NCBI RefSeq assembly: GCF_043780375.1
Contig: NZ_JAYWCU010000173.1
Coordinates: forward strand, 548-64,547
From: Emticicia sp.
Lineage (GTDB): Bacteria; Bacteroidota; Bacteroidia; Cytophagales; Spirosomataceae
Direction: 5' to 3'
DNA: 64,000 bases
Each line of letters starts with the position of its first letter. Within the stretch, counting starts at the first letter, position 1. The position numbers and the translations under genes were made by a program. This document shows positions 39,381 through 50,000 of this stretch, piece after piece. Below the pieces are notes generated by a model. The model was not told the DNA's origin and ran no database searches. It saw nothing but the letters and a program-made list of their open reading frames with translations.

Positions 39381-40013
39381 ATGGAAAACCCAATTTTAAT
39401 TTTTGGTGCTGGAAACCTCGGCAAAATAGTTTTAGATATTTTTAACAGAAATAATGTTTTAGTTTTTGGCTTTTTAGATGATAATAAAGCATTGCACGGC
39501 AAGGAAATTAGCGAAGTAGTAGTTTTGGGCGATACTGACGATAATAGTTTTTTGAATATAATTGGTCAAAAAACAGAGGCATTTGTGGCTTTAGAAAACA
39601 ACAAAGAGCGTAAAAAAGTGGTCGAAATGCTCATTAATCGCCGAAAAGTAATGCCTGTAAATGCTGTGCATAACACTGCGGTAGTTTCGGAAAATGCAGT
39701 AATTGGGCATGGGAATTTGATTGCTGCTCGCACAGTAATAAACCCCTATGCTACAGTTGGAAATCATTGTATTATGCATGCTTCGGTAATAATTGATATT
39801 AATACAAAAATCGGAGATTATGTGCAAATCGGAGCGGGAGCAATCATTAATAGTGAGGCTGAAATAGAAGAAGGAGCATTTATTGGCTCAGGTGCTGTAA
39901 TAATTTCTGGCATAAAAATTGGCAAAAATGCTCGTGTAGGTGCTGGGTCTGTGGTTGTTGAAAATGTTCCTGGCGGAAGCACAGTTTTTGGAAATCCAGC
40001 GAAGAAAATATAA
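39381..40013 (+). CDS. NeuD/PglD-like sugar N/O-acetyltransferase
   Basis: IFGAGNLGK, GFLDDN, AVHNTAVVS, hexapeptide repeats, VFGNPAK. Confidence 0.88.
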   Translation: MENPILIFGAGNLGKIVLDIFNRNNVLVFGFLDDNKALHGKEISEVVVLGDTDDNSFLNIIGQKTEAFVALENNKERKKVVEMLINRRKVMPVNAVHNTAVVSENAVIGHGNLIAARTVINPYATVGNHCIMHASVIIDINTKIGDYVQIGAGAIINSEAEIEEGAFIGSGAVIISGIKIGKNARVGAGSVVVENVPGGSTVFGNPAKKI

Positions 40014-40043
40014 CTTATTGCCTTTACCAATCAACCTATCTCT

Positions 40044-41045
40044 ATGAAAAATTTACTTTTATTGACAACATTTATGTTTATGAACCACGTTTCTTCTGCA
40101 CAAAACAAAACCATAGGTCAGATAATTCGACTTGACCCTTCTTTTGATAATCTTATAGAGAAAAATACCAAAATTGAAATATTGGGAGAAGGTTTTGTTT
40201 GGTCTGAAGGACCTGTTTGGATAAAAAATGGAGGATATTTATTGTTTTCAGATGTTCCTGCCAATACGGTTTATAAATGGAAAGAAGGTGAAAAAATTAC
40301 TGAATTTTTGAAGCCTTCGGGTTATACCGGAATTATGCCTTATGGCAATGAGCCTGGTAGTAATGGATTGATTATAAATAATTTAGGGCAATTAGTTTCG
40401 TGCGAACATGGCGATCGACGTATTTCGGCAATGCCACTTGATATTGGAGGAAAACGAACACTGGCTGACAATTACATGGGTAAAAGATTCAACAGCCCTA
40501 ATGATATTGTGCAGAAGTCAAACGGTGATTATTATTTTACTGACCCACCTTATGGATTACCAAAAAAAGAAAAAGACCCAAGCCGTGAAACCGAGCTTTT
40601 TGGCGTTTACCGCATTGGTAAAAACAGTACAGTTTCGCTTATCATAAAAGACTTAACTCGCCCCAATGGATTAGCGTTTTCACCCGATGAAAAAACTCTT
40701 TATGTAGCACAATCTGACCCTGAACGAGCTTATTTGATGTCATACCCAGTTTTGGCAGATGGAAAAGTTGGCAAAGGAAAAATCTTTTTTGATGCTACAC
40801 CAATGGTAAAAGACGGCTCAAAAGGCTTACCTGATGGTTTGAAAATTGACAAAAAAGGCAATATTTTTACAACTGGACCGGGCGGAATATTAGTAGTTTC
40901 TCCAGCAGGAAAACTTTTGGGTAGAATAGAAACAGGCGAAGCAACTGCCAATTGTGCATTTGGTAATGATGGCTCAACGCTCTATATTACAGCCGATATG
41001 TATTTACTTAGACTTCAAACCAAAACTGTGGGAATTGGCTTTTGA
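40044..41045 (+). CDS. SMP-30/gluconolactonase family protein, secreted
   Basis: WSEGPVW, FNSPND, PNGLAFSPD, PDGLKID. Confidence 0.92.
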   Translation: MKNLLLLTTFMFMNHVSSAQNKTIGQIIRLDPSFDNLIEKNTKIEILGEGFVWSEGPVWIKNGGYLLFSDVPANTVYKWKEGEKITEFLKPSGYTGIMPYGNEPGSNGLIINNLGQLVSCEHGDRRISAMPLDIGGKRTLADNYMGKRFNSPNDIVQKSNGDYYFTDPPYGLPKKEKDPSRETELFGVYRIGKNSTVSLIIKDLTRPNGLAFSPDEKTLYVAQSDPERAYLMSYPVLADGKVGKGKIFFDATPMVKDGSKGLPDGLKIDKKGNIFTTGPGGILVVSPAGKLLGRIETGEATANCAFGNDGSTLYITADMYLLRLQTKTVGIGF

Positions 41046-41050
41046 TTTGT

Positions 41051-41089
41051 TCAGGCAAAGCTGCAAAAAATAGCTTTGCCTGAGTTTTT
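41051..41089. terminator. Terminator between convergent genes
   Basis: tcaggcaaagct / agctttgcctga, 12-bp stem. Confidence 0.8.
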
Positions 41090-41095
41090 ATAGAA

Positions 41096-42379
41096 TTATT
41101 TCCCTCCCACAACCACTTCGCACATATCTTCGGGATTGTAATATTTATTTGCAATTTCCATTACTTCGCTTGCCGAAACAGCTCTTATGTTTTTGATATA
41201 GTTTTGGTAATAATCGGCTGGTAGGTTATCTAAAAGAATAATTTTTTGGCGGTCGGCTACGTCAAAAGGTGTATTTAACGAACCTACAAATGAGCCAATC
41301 ATGTAATTTTTAGCTGTTTCTAATTCATTTTCATCAACTAGTTCGTTTTGTAAAATATTTATTTCTTTGAAGATTTCATTGAGGGTTTGTTGAGTAAATT
41401 CTTTTTTTACGTCAGTTCCCATCACTAAATATCCTCCCTCTTTTTGTGGTACTATCGATGACGAAATACCATAAGTAAAACCTTTATCTTCACGGATATT
41501 TTTCATTAATCGACTTCCAAAATAGCCACCAAAAATAGTATTAGTTACCAGAAATTTTAAAAAATCTGGGTGTGAACGATTAAACAATTTTCGTCCCAAG
41601 CGAATAGAGGATTGCAAGTTTTCTGGTTTTTCAACTAATATATTTTCAGCCTTCAAAGTTGTAAAATCAGTCGAACTTCCTTCGTTTTCTATATTTTTTA
41701 AAGCCATTTGGCCAAAAGATTGATTCAACGCCTGAATTTCATTTTCTCCGAACTTTCCCGCAAGAAAAATCTTAAATTGCTTACCTTGAATCTGTTTTTC
41801 ATAAAAACCCCTGAGCGATTTACGATCGATGTTTTCTATCAAAGATTGGTTCAACGATTTGCCATAAGGATGTGTAGCCCCATATATTTGCTCTCTAAAA
41901 ACCTGTCCTGCCACATAAGCAGTTTTCTCTAAATTGACTTTTAGCGTTTGGGAGGCTATGTTTTTTTGCATCAATAATTCTTTTTCAGGAATCACCGATT
42001 CTGAAATCATCTCTTGAAGCTGCGACAGTAGTTTTGGCAAATGTTTTGTCATGCCATGTACTGTTATTATTAATCTTTCAGTCGATTGATTGATTTCAAG
42101 AAAAGCCCCAAATTGGTCAAAATATTGACTAATTTCTGTTCCAGAACGATATTTTGTACCTTCCGCAAGCATTTTTGAGGTAAATAAAGACTCGCCAGTG
42201 TTTGCTTCAAAACGACTTCCTGCATCGAAAATTAATTCTAAACGACTAACGGGCTGTTCGCCCGCTTGAATAGAATAAACTGCAATTTGATTATCAAGAA
42301 GTATTATTTCAGCTTTTGGAATATTTACGTGTTCTATCTTCTTTGAAGGGGGGGCAATAGTTCGGTCTAAAAACATCAA
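41096..42379 (-). CDS. M16 peptidase family protein, catalytically inactive subunit
   Basis: HxxEH replaced by SKMLAEG; IFGGYFGSRLMKNIREDKGFTYGI. Confidence 0.88.
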   Translation of the reverse strand: MMFLDRTIAPPSKKIEHVNIPKAEIILLDNQIAVYSIQAGEQPVSRLELIFDAGSRFEANTGESLFTSKMLAEGTKYRSGTEISQYFDQFGAFLEINQSTERLIITVHGMTKHLPKLLSQLQEMISESVIPEKELLMQKNIASQTLKVNLEKTAYVAGQVFREQIYGATHPYGKSLNQSLIENIDRKSLRGFYEKQIQGKQFKIFLAGKFGENEIQALNQSFGQMALKNIENEGSSTDFTTLKAENILVEKPENLQSSIRLGRKLFNRSHPDFLKFLVTNTIFGGYFGSRLMKNIREDKGFTYGISSSIVPQKEGGYLVMGTDVKKEFTQQTLNEIFKEINILQNELVDENELETAKNYMIGSFVGSLNTPFDVADRQKIILLDNLPADYYQNYIKNIRAVSASEVMEIANKYYNPEDMCEVVVGGK

Positions 42380-42428
42380 TCTGAATTATGAGTTAAGGCA
42401 TTTTTTTCTACAACTAAAAATGCACTTA

Positions 42429-42436
42429 CAAAGATA
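42429..42436 (-). promoter_or_regulatory. -7 promoter element of the M16 gene
   Basis: TATCTTTG on the minus strand. Confidence 0.55.
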
Positions 42437-42513
42437 AAAGCTTATCTTCATAAGTGCGTTTATATTTTTTTTGAATCTTACTTGAATGAAGCGACAAAAT
42501 TCAGCACTCAGAA

Positions 42514-44052
42514 CTATTCTAAAGTTAATCCATAGCAAGATGTGCGTGATATGCTTTGGTAAGTTCCGCAAATCATTACGCCATCATCACCACTTTCTTT
42601 TACTTCTTTGATAGCTGCTTTAAAATCGCTTACCGAATTTATTTTACGTTCACCCACTTTCAAAATTACAAAACCTTCTCGCATTTGGGTATAATCTGCC
42701 ACGTCACCCTCAAAAATTTTCTTGACTAACACACCATTAGGAAGCCCCATTTTTTGTTTATCAGCCGATGAAAGTTCGGTTAATTCTATGCCTAATTTAT
42801 TAAATGTGTTATTTTCAGGTACAACATTATTCTTAACAATATCATTGCCACCATCACGGTTACGCAGTGTTACGTCAAACTCTTTCGTTGAACCATCACG
42901 ATTGACGGTTATTTTCGTTGATTCACCTGGACGCTTACGACCTATCATTTCTTGCAATTTTGGTCCACTTTTAGTATCCATTCCATCAATTTTTACAATA
43001 ACATCACCTTTTTTGATGCCTGCTGCTCTTGCGGCACCATTTTCGAGAACATCGCCTACATAAATCCCTTCCGAAACTTTGGTATTGTATTCGTTCGCTC
43101 TCTTGCTATCAAGTTCAATTAAATTGATGCCTAAATAGCCACGTTGCACATTGCCATACTTAACGATGTCAGCCGTTACTTTCTTTACAATTTCTGATGG
43201 AACAGCAAAAGCATATCCTGCATAAGCCCCATTTGGACTGGCAATAGCAGTGTTGATTCCTATTAACTCTCCTTTAAGGTTTACCAAAGCTCCACCACTA
43301 TTTCCTGGATTTACGGCTGCATCTGTTTGTATAAATGACTCAATGGCATCGCTTGTTTTTGCTTGGCGGCCATCATCGCCATAGCGGCGATACATTTGTT
43401 GTTTTTCGGCAAGAATGCCAATATTTCGTCCTTTTGCACTCACAATTCCTGCTGTAACGGTTGATTCAAGGTTAAAAGGGTTTCCTACTGCCAATACCCA
43501 TTCGCCAACTTTTACGTTGTCAGAATTGGCAAAACTCATTACTTGAAGTTTTACGCCTCCTTCAATCTTAATCACTGCAATGTCTGTTGATGGGTCAGTA
43601 CCTACAACCTTTGCTTTATATGATTTATGATCTGAGGTTACAACCTCCAATTCGTCGGCACCTTCCACAACGTGGTTATTGGTAGCAATATAGCCATCGG
43701 CGGTAATTATTACGCCCGAACCCGAAGATTCTTGTGGTTGATTTTGACCACGAGGATTTGCGAAAGGGCTTTCTCCACCAAAAAAATCGTCAAAAATTGA
43801 ACGTTGCTGCGAAACTGTTCTTGAAGATTTTGCTTTAATATGTACTACTGCGGGCGTAGAAAGTTCTGCGGCATAAGTAAAATCGCCTGGTACACCGACT
43901 GGCCCTTCATAGTTTGCCAAACGATTGATAGAAGGAGTTGATGCTTCATTAAAAATCACGTCTTTTCCTTCAAGTCCGAGAATTCGATAGCCAGCAATGG
44001 TGGCGATGCTACTAAAAACAGCAATTCCGATGGTTTTTACTGTGTTATTCAT
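42514..44052 (-). CDS. htrA: HtrA/DegP (Do family) serine protease with two PDZ domains
   Basis: SGSGVII, TNNHVV, DIAV, QTDAAVNPGNSGG. Confidence 0.95.
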   Translation of the reverse strand: MNNTVKTIGIAVFSSIATIAGYRILGLEGKDVIFNEASTPSINRLANYEGPVGVPGDFTYAAELSTPAVVHIKAKSSRTVSQQRSIFDDFFGGESPFANPRGQNQPQESSGSGVIITADGYIATNNHVVEGADELEVVTSDHKSYKAKVVGTDPSTDIAVIKIEGGVKLQVMSFANSDNVKVGEWVLAVGNPFNLESTVTAGIVSAKGRNIGILAEKQQMYRRYGDDGRQAKTSDAIESFIQTDAAVNPGNSGGALVNLKGELIGINTAIASPNGAYAGYAFAVPSEIVKKVTADIVKYGNVQRGYLGINLIELDSKRANEYNTKVSEGIYVGDVLENGAARAAGIKKGDVIVKIDGMDTKSGPKLQEMIGRKRPGESTKITVNRDGSTKEFDVTLRNRDGGNDIVKNNVVPENNTFNKLGIELTELSSADKQKMGLPNGVLVKKIFEGDVADYTQMREGFVILKVGERKINSVSDFKAAIKEVKESGDDGVMICGTYQSISRTSCYGLTLE

Positions 44053-44130
44053 TTTATTGACCGTTGATTTTAAATATTATATTTATTTACCTAACTGTTT
44101 TCTTATTCAATTATTAGTAAAAGTTTTTGT

Positions 44131-44138
44131 CAAATATA
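44131..44138 (-). promoter_or_regulatory. -7 promoter element of htrA
   Basis: TATATTTG on the minus strand. Confidence 0.55.
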
Positions 44139-44265
44139 GTTAATGTTATAACGAAAAAAATAAATATTTGTTTGATTCAAATTTAACGTAAAAGTGTGAA
44201 TGAAAATTCAAGTATTTTATAAAAATTAACAAATTTTAACGGAAATTCCATCTGCTTCTTTACAT

Positions 44266-44309
44266 AAAAAAGGCAAGACCCAAATATCAACTTGTATCTT
44301 GCCTTTTTT
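44266..44309. terminator. Terminator after hsp20
   Basis: aaaaaaggcaaga ... tcttgcctttttt. Confidence 0.75.
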
Positions 44310-44325
44310 AAGCTCAATTCATTGC

Positions 44326-44751
44326 TTATGCAATTTCAATCAAACGAGGTTCTTTTGGTTTAGCTTCTTCTTTTTTCGGTAATTCTAAGCCTAAAACTCC
44401 GTCATTATAAGTTGCCACAATTTTCTCGCCATCAATCGATTTTGGTAAGGTAAATGAGCGTTTGAACGAAGTATAATTAAATTCTTTACGTGTATATTTA
44501 CCTACAGTTTCTGCTGTTTCTATTTTGTTTTCGGTCGAAATCGTCAAAGTGTTTTCGTGAATATTTACTTTGAAATCTTCTTTTTTCAACCCGGGTGCAG
44601 CCAGTTCAATCTTGAAATAATCTTGATTTTCTAAGACATTTACTGCAGGAAATGATTGTTGGTGAGTTGGTGCTACTTGCTCAAACTCATTGAAAATGTT
44701 TGCCAATAATGACGGAAATGATGGAGCGAAATTTCTTACTAATGTTGCCAT
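44326..44751 (-). CDS. Hsp20/alpha-crystallin small heat-shock protein
   Basis: PAVNV.E, LAAPGLKKEDF, FKRSFTLP, ATYNDGVL.L.LPK. Start moved to the ATG at 44751. Confidence 0.95.
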   Translation of the reverse strand: MATLVRNFAPSFPSLLANIFNEFEQVAPTHQQSFPAVNVLENQDYFKIELAAPGLKKEDFKVNIHENTLTISTENKIETAETVGKYTRKEFNYTSFKRSFTLPKSIDGEKIVATYNDGVLGLELPKKEEAKPKEPRLIEIA

Positions 44752-44818
44752 GGTTTTTATTGTTTTTAATGTTTGTTTCTTGATTTGCCACTTGGTTGTG
44801 GCGACGCAAAACAATTGA

Positions 44819-44834
44819 ACAATTTGCATACCAA
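44819..44834 (-). promoter_or_regulatory. sigma-54-type site of hsp20
   Basis: TTGGTATGCAAATTGT (GG-N10-GT). Confidence 0.6.
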
Positions 44835-44845
44835 TCAATTTTCTA

Positions 44846-44940
44846 TGACTTTTTGTCTTGAATTCATTGATTTTAAAGAAATTAATATGACAAATTGTCT
44901 GTTTTCTAATTTTTAGTCTGACTCCTCGTCAGACTAAAAA
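44846..44940. promoter_or_regulatory. Three TGAC-N5-GTC(A) boxes upstream of hsp20
   Basis: TGACtttttGTC 44846, TGACaaattGTC 44888, TGACtcctcGTCA 44919; the last lies in a 13-bp perfect inverted repeat (44910-44940). Confidence 0.55.
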
Positions 44941-44962
44941 TTACAAAACTCTTGAAAGTAAC

Positions 44963-44999
44963 AAAAAAACGTGCCGCATCTCAAAGATGTGGCACGTTT
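44963..44999 (-). terminator. Terminator after the TMTC-like gene
   Basis: aaacgtgccgcatct / agatgtggcacgttt stem with a T run on the minus strand. Confidence 0.75.
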
Positions 45000-45052
45000 A
45001 GTTGACTAAAAATATATTTTCACAGACGAATTAGGAAACCCGTCGCACAAAA

Positions 45053-46933
45053 TTATGGCTGAATACCCAATTTTATTAAATTATTTCTGGCATCAATGTA
45101 ATTCGGATTTCGCTTCATTACTTCTTTTAAATCTTTAATTGCCCCATCTTTATCGCCTAAACTATATCGAGCTACCGCACGGTCGTTGTAGGCAGTATCG
45201 ACCGCAATGCCGAGGTCAATCATGCGAGTATAATCATTATATGCCTCGGTAAATTTATTTGCTTTTAGGTTAGAAAAAGCCCTCAGGGGTAAATAGGCAA
45301 CTTTATTTTGTCCGAGTTCCATTGCTTTAGTAAAATCATCAGCAGATTGTTGAAAATTGCCTGCATCACGGTTGGCAATTCCACGGTTATAATAAGCTAC
45401 AAATTTTCGATGATTTGGCGAATTATCAATGCTTTTTTGATACAAATCTAAAGCCTTTTGTGTTTGTCCTTTCAAATAGTAGGCATTTGCCAAAGCTCCC
45501 ATCAAAGCATAAGATTGCACTCCTTTTGAAACAGCGTATTCACCATAACGAACTACTTGGTCTATTTTTCCTGAGCGTCCAAAATGATTGGCTAAGTTTT
45601 CATTGACCACGGGAGATTCTGGTTCAAACTTATAAGAATTTTCAAAAAGCGTTCCCGTATCTTTATATGTAAGTGTCTGTTTATAAGCAAGATACATGAA
45701 AAATGCTGCTACAATTCCACTCCCAAATAAAAGTATATTTTTAGATTGAATTTTCTGATTCAACCAATAAAAAACCATAAAAAGAATACCAAAATAAGGA
45801 ATATAAGTATAGCGTTCTGCCAAAATTGCTCCACCGACCGAAAGAAATTGTAGTACCAAAACAATAGTAAAAAAGAAAAACATGATACCAAAAAAGACTT
45901 CTTTCTTGCGACGATAGAAAAAAACTGCTCCACCCAAAATAAGAATAGACCAAATCGGAGCGGTTGTGTATTGAATCGCACCATATTGGTCGAAATTTGG
46001 GTAAGCATAAAAATTGTGTTGATTTATAGGAATAAATAATTTGAAAATGTAAACCAAAAAGCCATAAAAGCCAAATTTTATTCTATCGCCAAGGCTCAAG
46101 GCATTGCTCAGAGCCACATCTAAAGTCATTTTTTCGAGTCTTCCGCCCAAATTTCCACCGCCTTGAACATGAACAGCCAAAGCCCCAAATAATATAGCTA
46201 CAATGAAAAATGGAATTTTTGCGGTGATATTTTTTACAGTCAAAAAACCTTTATCGAACCAATAATCAATTAGTAAAAGTATGAGCGGCAACACAACTGC
46301 CATTGCTTTAGATAAACAAGATAAAACAAAGAAAACGAAGCAAAGAACAAGCATTTTACGTTCATTTTTTTCTAAATACTTCACATATTGAATACAAGCT
46401 AAGAAGAAAAACATTGAATAAAGTACGTCTTTTCGCTCCGAAACCCAAGTAACCGATTCTACGTGCATTGGGTGAATTCCCCAAAAAAGAGCAACTAAAA
46501 AGCTCACTAAAACATTGTTTTTAGTGAGTTGTTGCGAAAAACGAAAGACAAGAATAGTATTGAATAAATGAATAAGTGCATTAACAACAATAAAAGACAT
46601 AGCACCTTTGCCAAAAAGAGCAGAATTAAGCCAAAGTGAAGCAACTGTAAGTGGGTGATAGTTCAAGGCACATTCTACGCCTAAAAGCCTAATAAGGTTG
46701 GCAAATGTAGGATTTTGAATCATTATGTTTTCGGTAGCATACATTTGGTCGTCCCAATTGACAAACCCATTGGAAAAGCCTCCTGCAAATGTAGCTATCA
46801 CACAAATTGCCAAAATAATATAGGCAACCGTTGGACTGAAAGAAAAGCCATTATTGCTTGATTCTGCAATAGTAGCCGCTTTTGGTGCTTGAAAAGTAGT
46901 TTTTTGATTAAATTTTTGCTTGTTTTTTGCCAT
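45053..46933 (-). CDS. TMTC-like GT-C glycosyltransferase with C-terminal TPRs
   Basis: FVNWDD, YHPLT, HPMHVESVTWVSERKD, LSKAMAV, AERYTYIP, about 11 TM segments, TPR tail. Confidence 0.8.
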   Translation of the reverse strand: MAKNKQKFNQKTTFQAPKAATIAESSNNGFSFSPTVAYIILAICVIATFAGGFSNGFVNWDDQMYATENIMIQNPTFANLIRLLGVECALNYHPLTVASLWLNSALFGKGAMSFIVVNALIHLFNTILVFRFSQQLTKNNVLVSFLVALFWGIHPMHVESVTWVSERKDVLYSMFFFLACIQYVKYLEKNERKMLVLCFVFFVLSCLSKAMAVVLPLILLLIDYWFDKGFLTVKNITAKIPFFIVAILFGALAVHVQGGGNLGGRLEKMTLDVALSNALSLGDRIKFGFYGFLVYIFKLFIPINQHNFYAYPNFDQYGAIQYTTAPIWSILILGGAVFFYRRKKEVFFGIMFFFFTIVLVLQFLSVGGAILAERYTYIPYFGILFMVFYWLNQKIQSKNILLFGSGIVAAFFMYLAYKQTLTYKDTGTLFENSYKFEPESPVVNENLANHFGRSGKIDQVVRYGEYAVSKGVQSYALMGALANAYYLKGQTQKALDLYQKSIDNSPNHRKFVAYYNRGIANRDAGNFQQSADDFTKAMELGQNKVAYLPLRAFSNLKANKFTEAYNDYTRMIDLGIAVDTAYNDRAVARYSLGDKDGAIKDLKEVMKRNPNYIDARNNLIKLGIQP

Positions 46934-46967
46934 GATTCAATGAGGTTGGGTTCTCATTGCGAATATA

Positions 46968-46983
46968 GCAATTTCTTTGCCAA
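46968..46983 (-). promoter_or_regulatory. Canonical sigma-54 site of the TMTC-like gene
   Basis: TTGGCAAAGAAATTGC (GG-N10-GC), 35 nt before the ATG. Confidence 0.65.
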
Positions 46984-47010
46984 TTGAAAAATTGCACCTT
47001 AATTCACTAC

Positions 47011-50000
47011 TCAAAATCCATCTTTTTCATCTTCAGCTTTTTTCTTTTTTTCGTCTTTTTTCTGAGTTGCGTCTTTCGGTACTTCTGCTAATTTTTTGGC
47101 ATCGGCTGGTTTTTGACCTGGTGCTTTAGGTTTTTCTTTTATTCCACGATAAACTTCCAAGAAGTTTTTGCGGTAAACCAAAGCTTCAGCAAAGTCAACA
47201 GGAATAACTTGATAGTCTTTTACTTTTTTCTTATCGGCCTTTGCCGTAATCAAAGCATTGAAATTATCGTCTGATGAAATCAAACCCATTTGTCCCTCTT
47301 TGTAACCCATGTAGTACCAGTTTTCGCCAGAAAGCTCTAAGAAAACATACATTTCATCGCCTGTAATAGGGTTTTTGCGAATTTCTACATAGCCATTTAC
47401 TTTGGCGTTAATATCGGTCGCACCAATGTTTGAAATGCCCAATTTTCCTACGCTTCGATAACTATTATACTTGGGCGACCATAATAATTTCAAATCGCTA
47501 AATACAATTGTATTGACAAATTTTGGCGAAAACTTAAATAACGGCACATACTCACGAGCCGATTTACCTTTGTATTCTTCGATGTCTTTATCACCTACAA
47601 AATGTGCGATTTTTGATACAAGTTCAGGCGAATTTAATTCTATGGCAGCTTCATTTACACCCAAATCGAGGTTAGTTTTTACGATTTTCTCAGCCATGTT
47701 TGTTAATAAAGGTTGTGCCATAGGGAAGTTCATGAGCATCATGGTATTAAACTCATGATAGGCAGTATCTAACCTAATTTTGGCAAAGCCCGATGTTTGC
47801 ACGTATTGAGTTAATTTTTCATTTAATAAATCAAAGCGACCTTCCAGATTAATAATGCCTTTTTCGTCTAATATTTCATATTTATTACTTGCCAGCGTTA
47901 GCCCTTCTTCTGGAATAATGCTAAACAATTTATTTGGCTCATCTCGGCGGCAAATGCCACTTGCCAAAAATACATTTTGGTCTTCGGGGGTTTCTTTTGC
48001 CGACAAAAATGTTGGATATAGTCCATTCGACGAAGTAGTTGTTCGAAAATGAAGTCCCGCAAAAATAGGAGAATTGCCACTTTTAAGATTTTTATCAACT
48101 GCAATTCTAATCTCCTCCGATTTATTTCCTTTATAGGTAATCCAATAGCCACCAAGTTTGGGGTATTTTTTCAATTCAGGAATAATGAAACCGTCCAACG
48201 AAAGGTTTTTTATAGGAGCAAGCATTGTTATTTCGCCTTTATAGAGCATTTTTGGCGATAAAAACATACTATCACGCTCAATCACCGTTGCCCGTGCAAC
48301 CGTTGAAAGGTTTTTGTTTTTACTTCTTTTTGCCTCAACATCTGCAATGTCACGTAGCTCGAAGTTACCCATTTTTATATTGAACGTATCTTTCTTAACA
48401 TTCACAAATTGATAGGTAGCATCCCCTGTAAATTTATTTTTTGATACAATTTGGATATTGCCATTAATCAAATTATGATAACCGTTGAGCGTGTCGATTG
48501 TCAAACGAGCATTTTTGAAAGGCAACATATCGGCATCTCGGCGAATAGAAACCAACCCTTTATCTGGTAAAATTTTGGCATCTGCCGATTTAATGAATGG
48601 TACGCCACCAATATTGAAAGTCATTTGTTCAATGTCATATATTGCCGAATTTCCGTTGAAAGCAAGCCCTTCTTGAGAAACATTTGTAGAAGTAAATACC
48701 GAAGTTTCTACATCTCCTTTCATGCTAATTTTTTTGTTTTTAATATTCCATTCGGCTCTATCAATATTTGTTTTATAGGCGGCATAAGGAAATTCGAGTG
48801 TCGAGCCTGTACTGTCGTTAAAATTACCTTGATTGGTTGCAATATTGACAATACTATTGTTTACATTGAAATTTACGTTCACATTTTTACCCAAAAGCAC
48901 CGATTTTGCAGTCGTTTGAGTAGATTTTATATTAAATTGTGACCTGTCAGCTATGAAACCTTCTTTGTTGAATTTGAATTGTTCGGAAGCGGTTTCGGAG
49001 TCGGTACGAATCAATTTTCCGATACCAAATAAACCACCCGTACGCACAACCAGTTTACCCTTTAATGACGAAGTTCCTGTATAAAAATTAAAACCCGCCT
49101 TCGAGGAAACAATCATACTATCGGCTTTGGGCATCCATTTCAAGGTATAATCGTTGATAGCAACTTGTGGAAAATATGAGCCTTTTAATACGCTCTCATT
49201 GATTTTGCCTAATTGTCCTGAAGCGGTCAGTGAATCTGCCATGAACAAAATCTCTTTGGCGGTCATATTTGCTGCTAAGTGATTGATATTCCCTTCTGAA
49301 TGTAGTCCATTGCCATCCATTGCCAATTCCGATGAAAAAGTAACTGAGGTTTCGTTACCAAAAACATTGTATTTCCCGTTTGGCACTTTATGCAAGAACC
49401 CCAAGGTTGTATCGGGCATAATTCTCAGCACTTCTTTAAAAGGTTTGAAAATATTTCCTGAATAGAAAGTCCCATCAAACTCAATATCTTTAACCGCCAA
49501 ACTATCGAAATCAATCTTTGGCACATCGAAACGCACATCTCGACTATACTTTCGTAAACCACGAGCAGGTTCATCAAAATAAACAATTACTCCTTCATCA
49601 ATTTTAAGTCTTGGATATTGCGGCAAATAGGTTTTACCCGATTTATTATCAGCACGATTGAGGAAAAGTGTACCTGATTTTAGAAATTTAATATGCCCAC
49701 CTATTTCTTGCCGTCCACCCTTGGCATAAACGGTTTGTGGAGTGAAGGTTACTGAGTCGATTTTGTTGAGGGAAAGCGAAAATTTTTCGTAATCAAATAC
49801 TAAATCTTTTCCCGAAAAACGATAATTTCTTGCTTTAAACTGTCCGCTAAAACTAAAAGTACGATTTTTTATAACCTTGATAGTTCGGTCATAAGGAAGT
49901 ACATAAATTCTAAGAGAGTCACTCACATTAAATCTTCGTATTCCTCTGATAGTCAATACTTTATCATTTAAATTTAGTGTTGCATTAGACGTAGAATCTT

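Noticed and set aside
41096-42379. M16 gene lacking HxxEH as a pseudogene
   Set aside because: The ORF is intact and has its own promoter; non-catalytic subunits are normal in M16B heterodimers
44990-45004. TGGCACG as another sigma-54 site
   Set aside because: It is part of a terminator stem, has no G at the -13 position, and no plus-strand gene lies downstream
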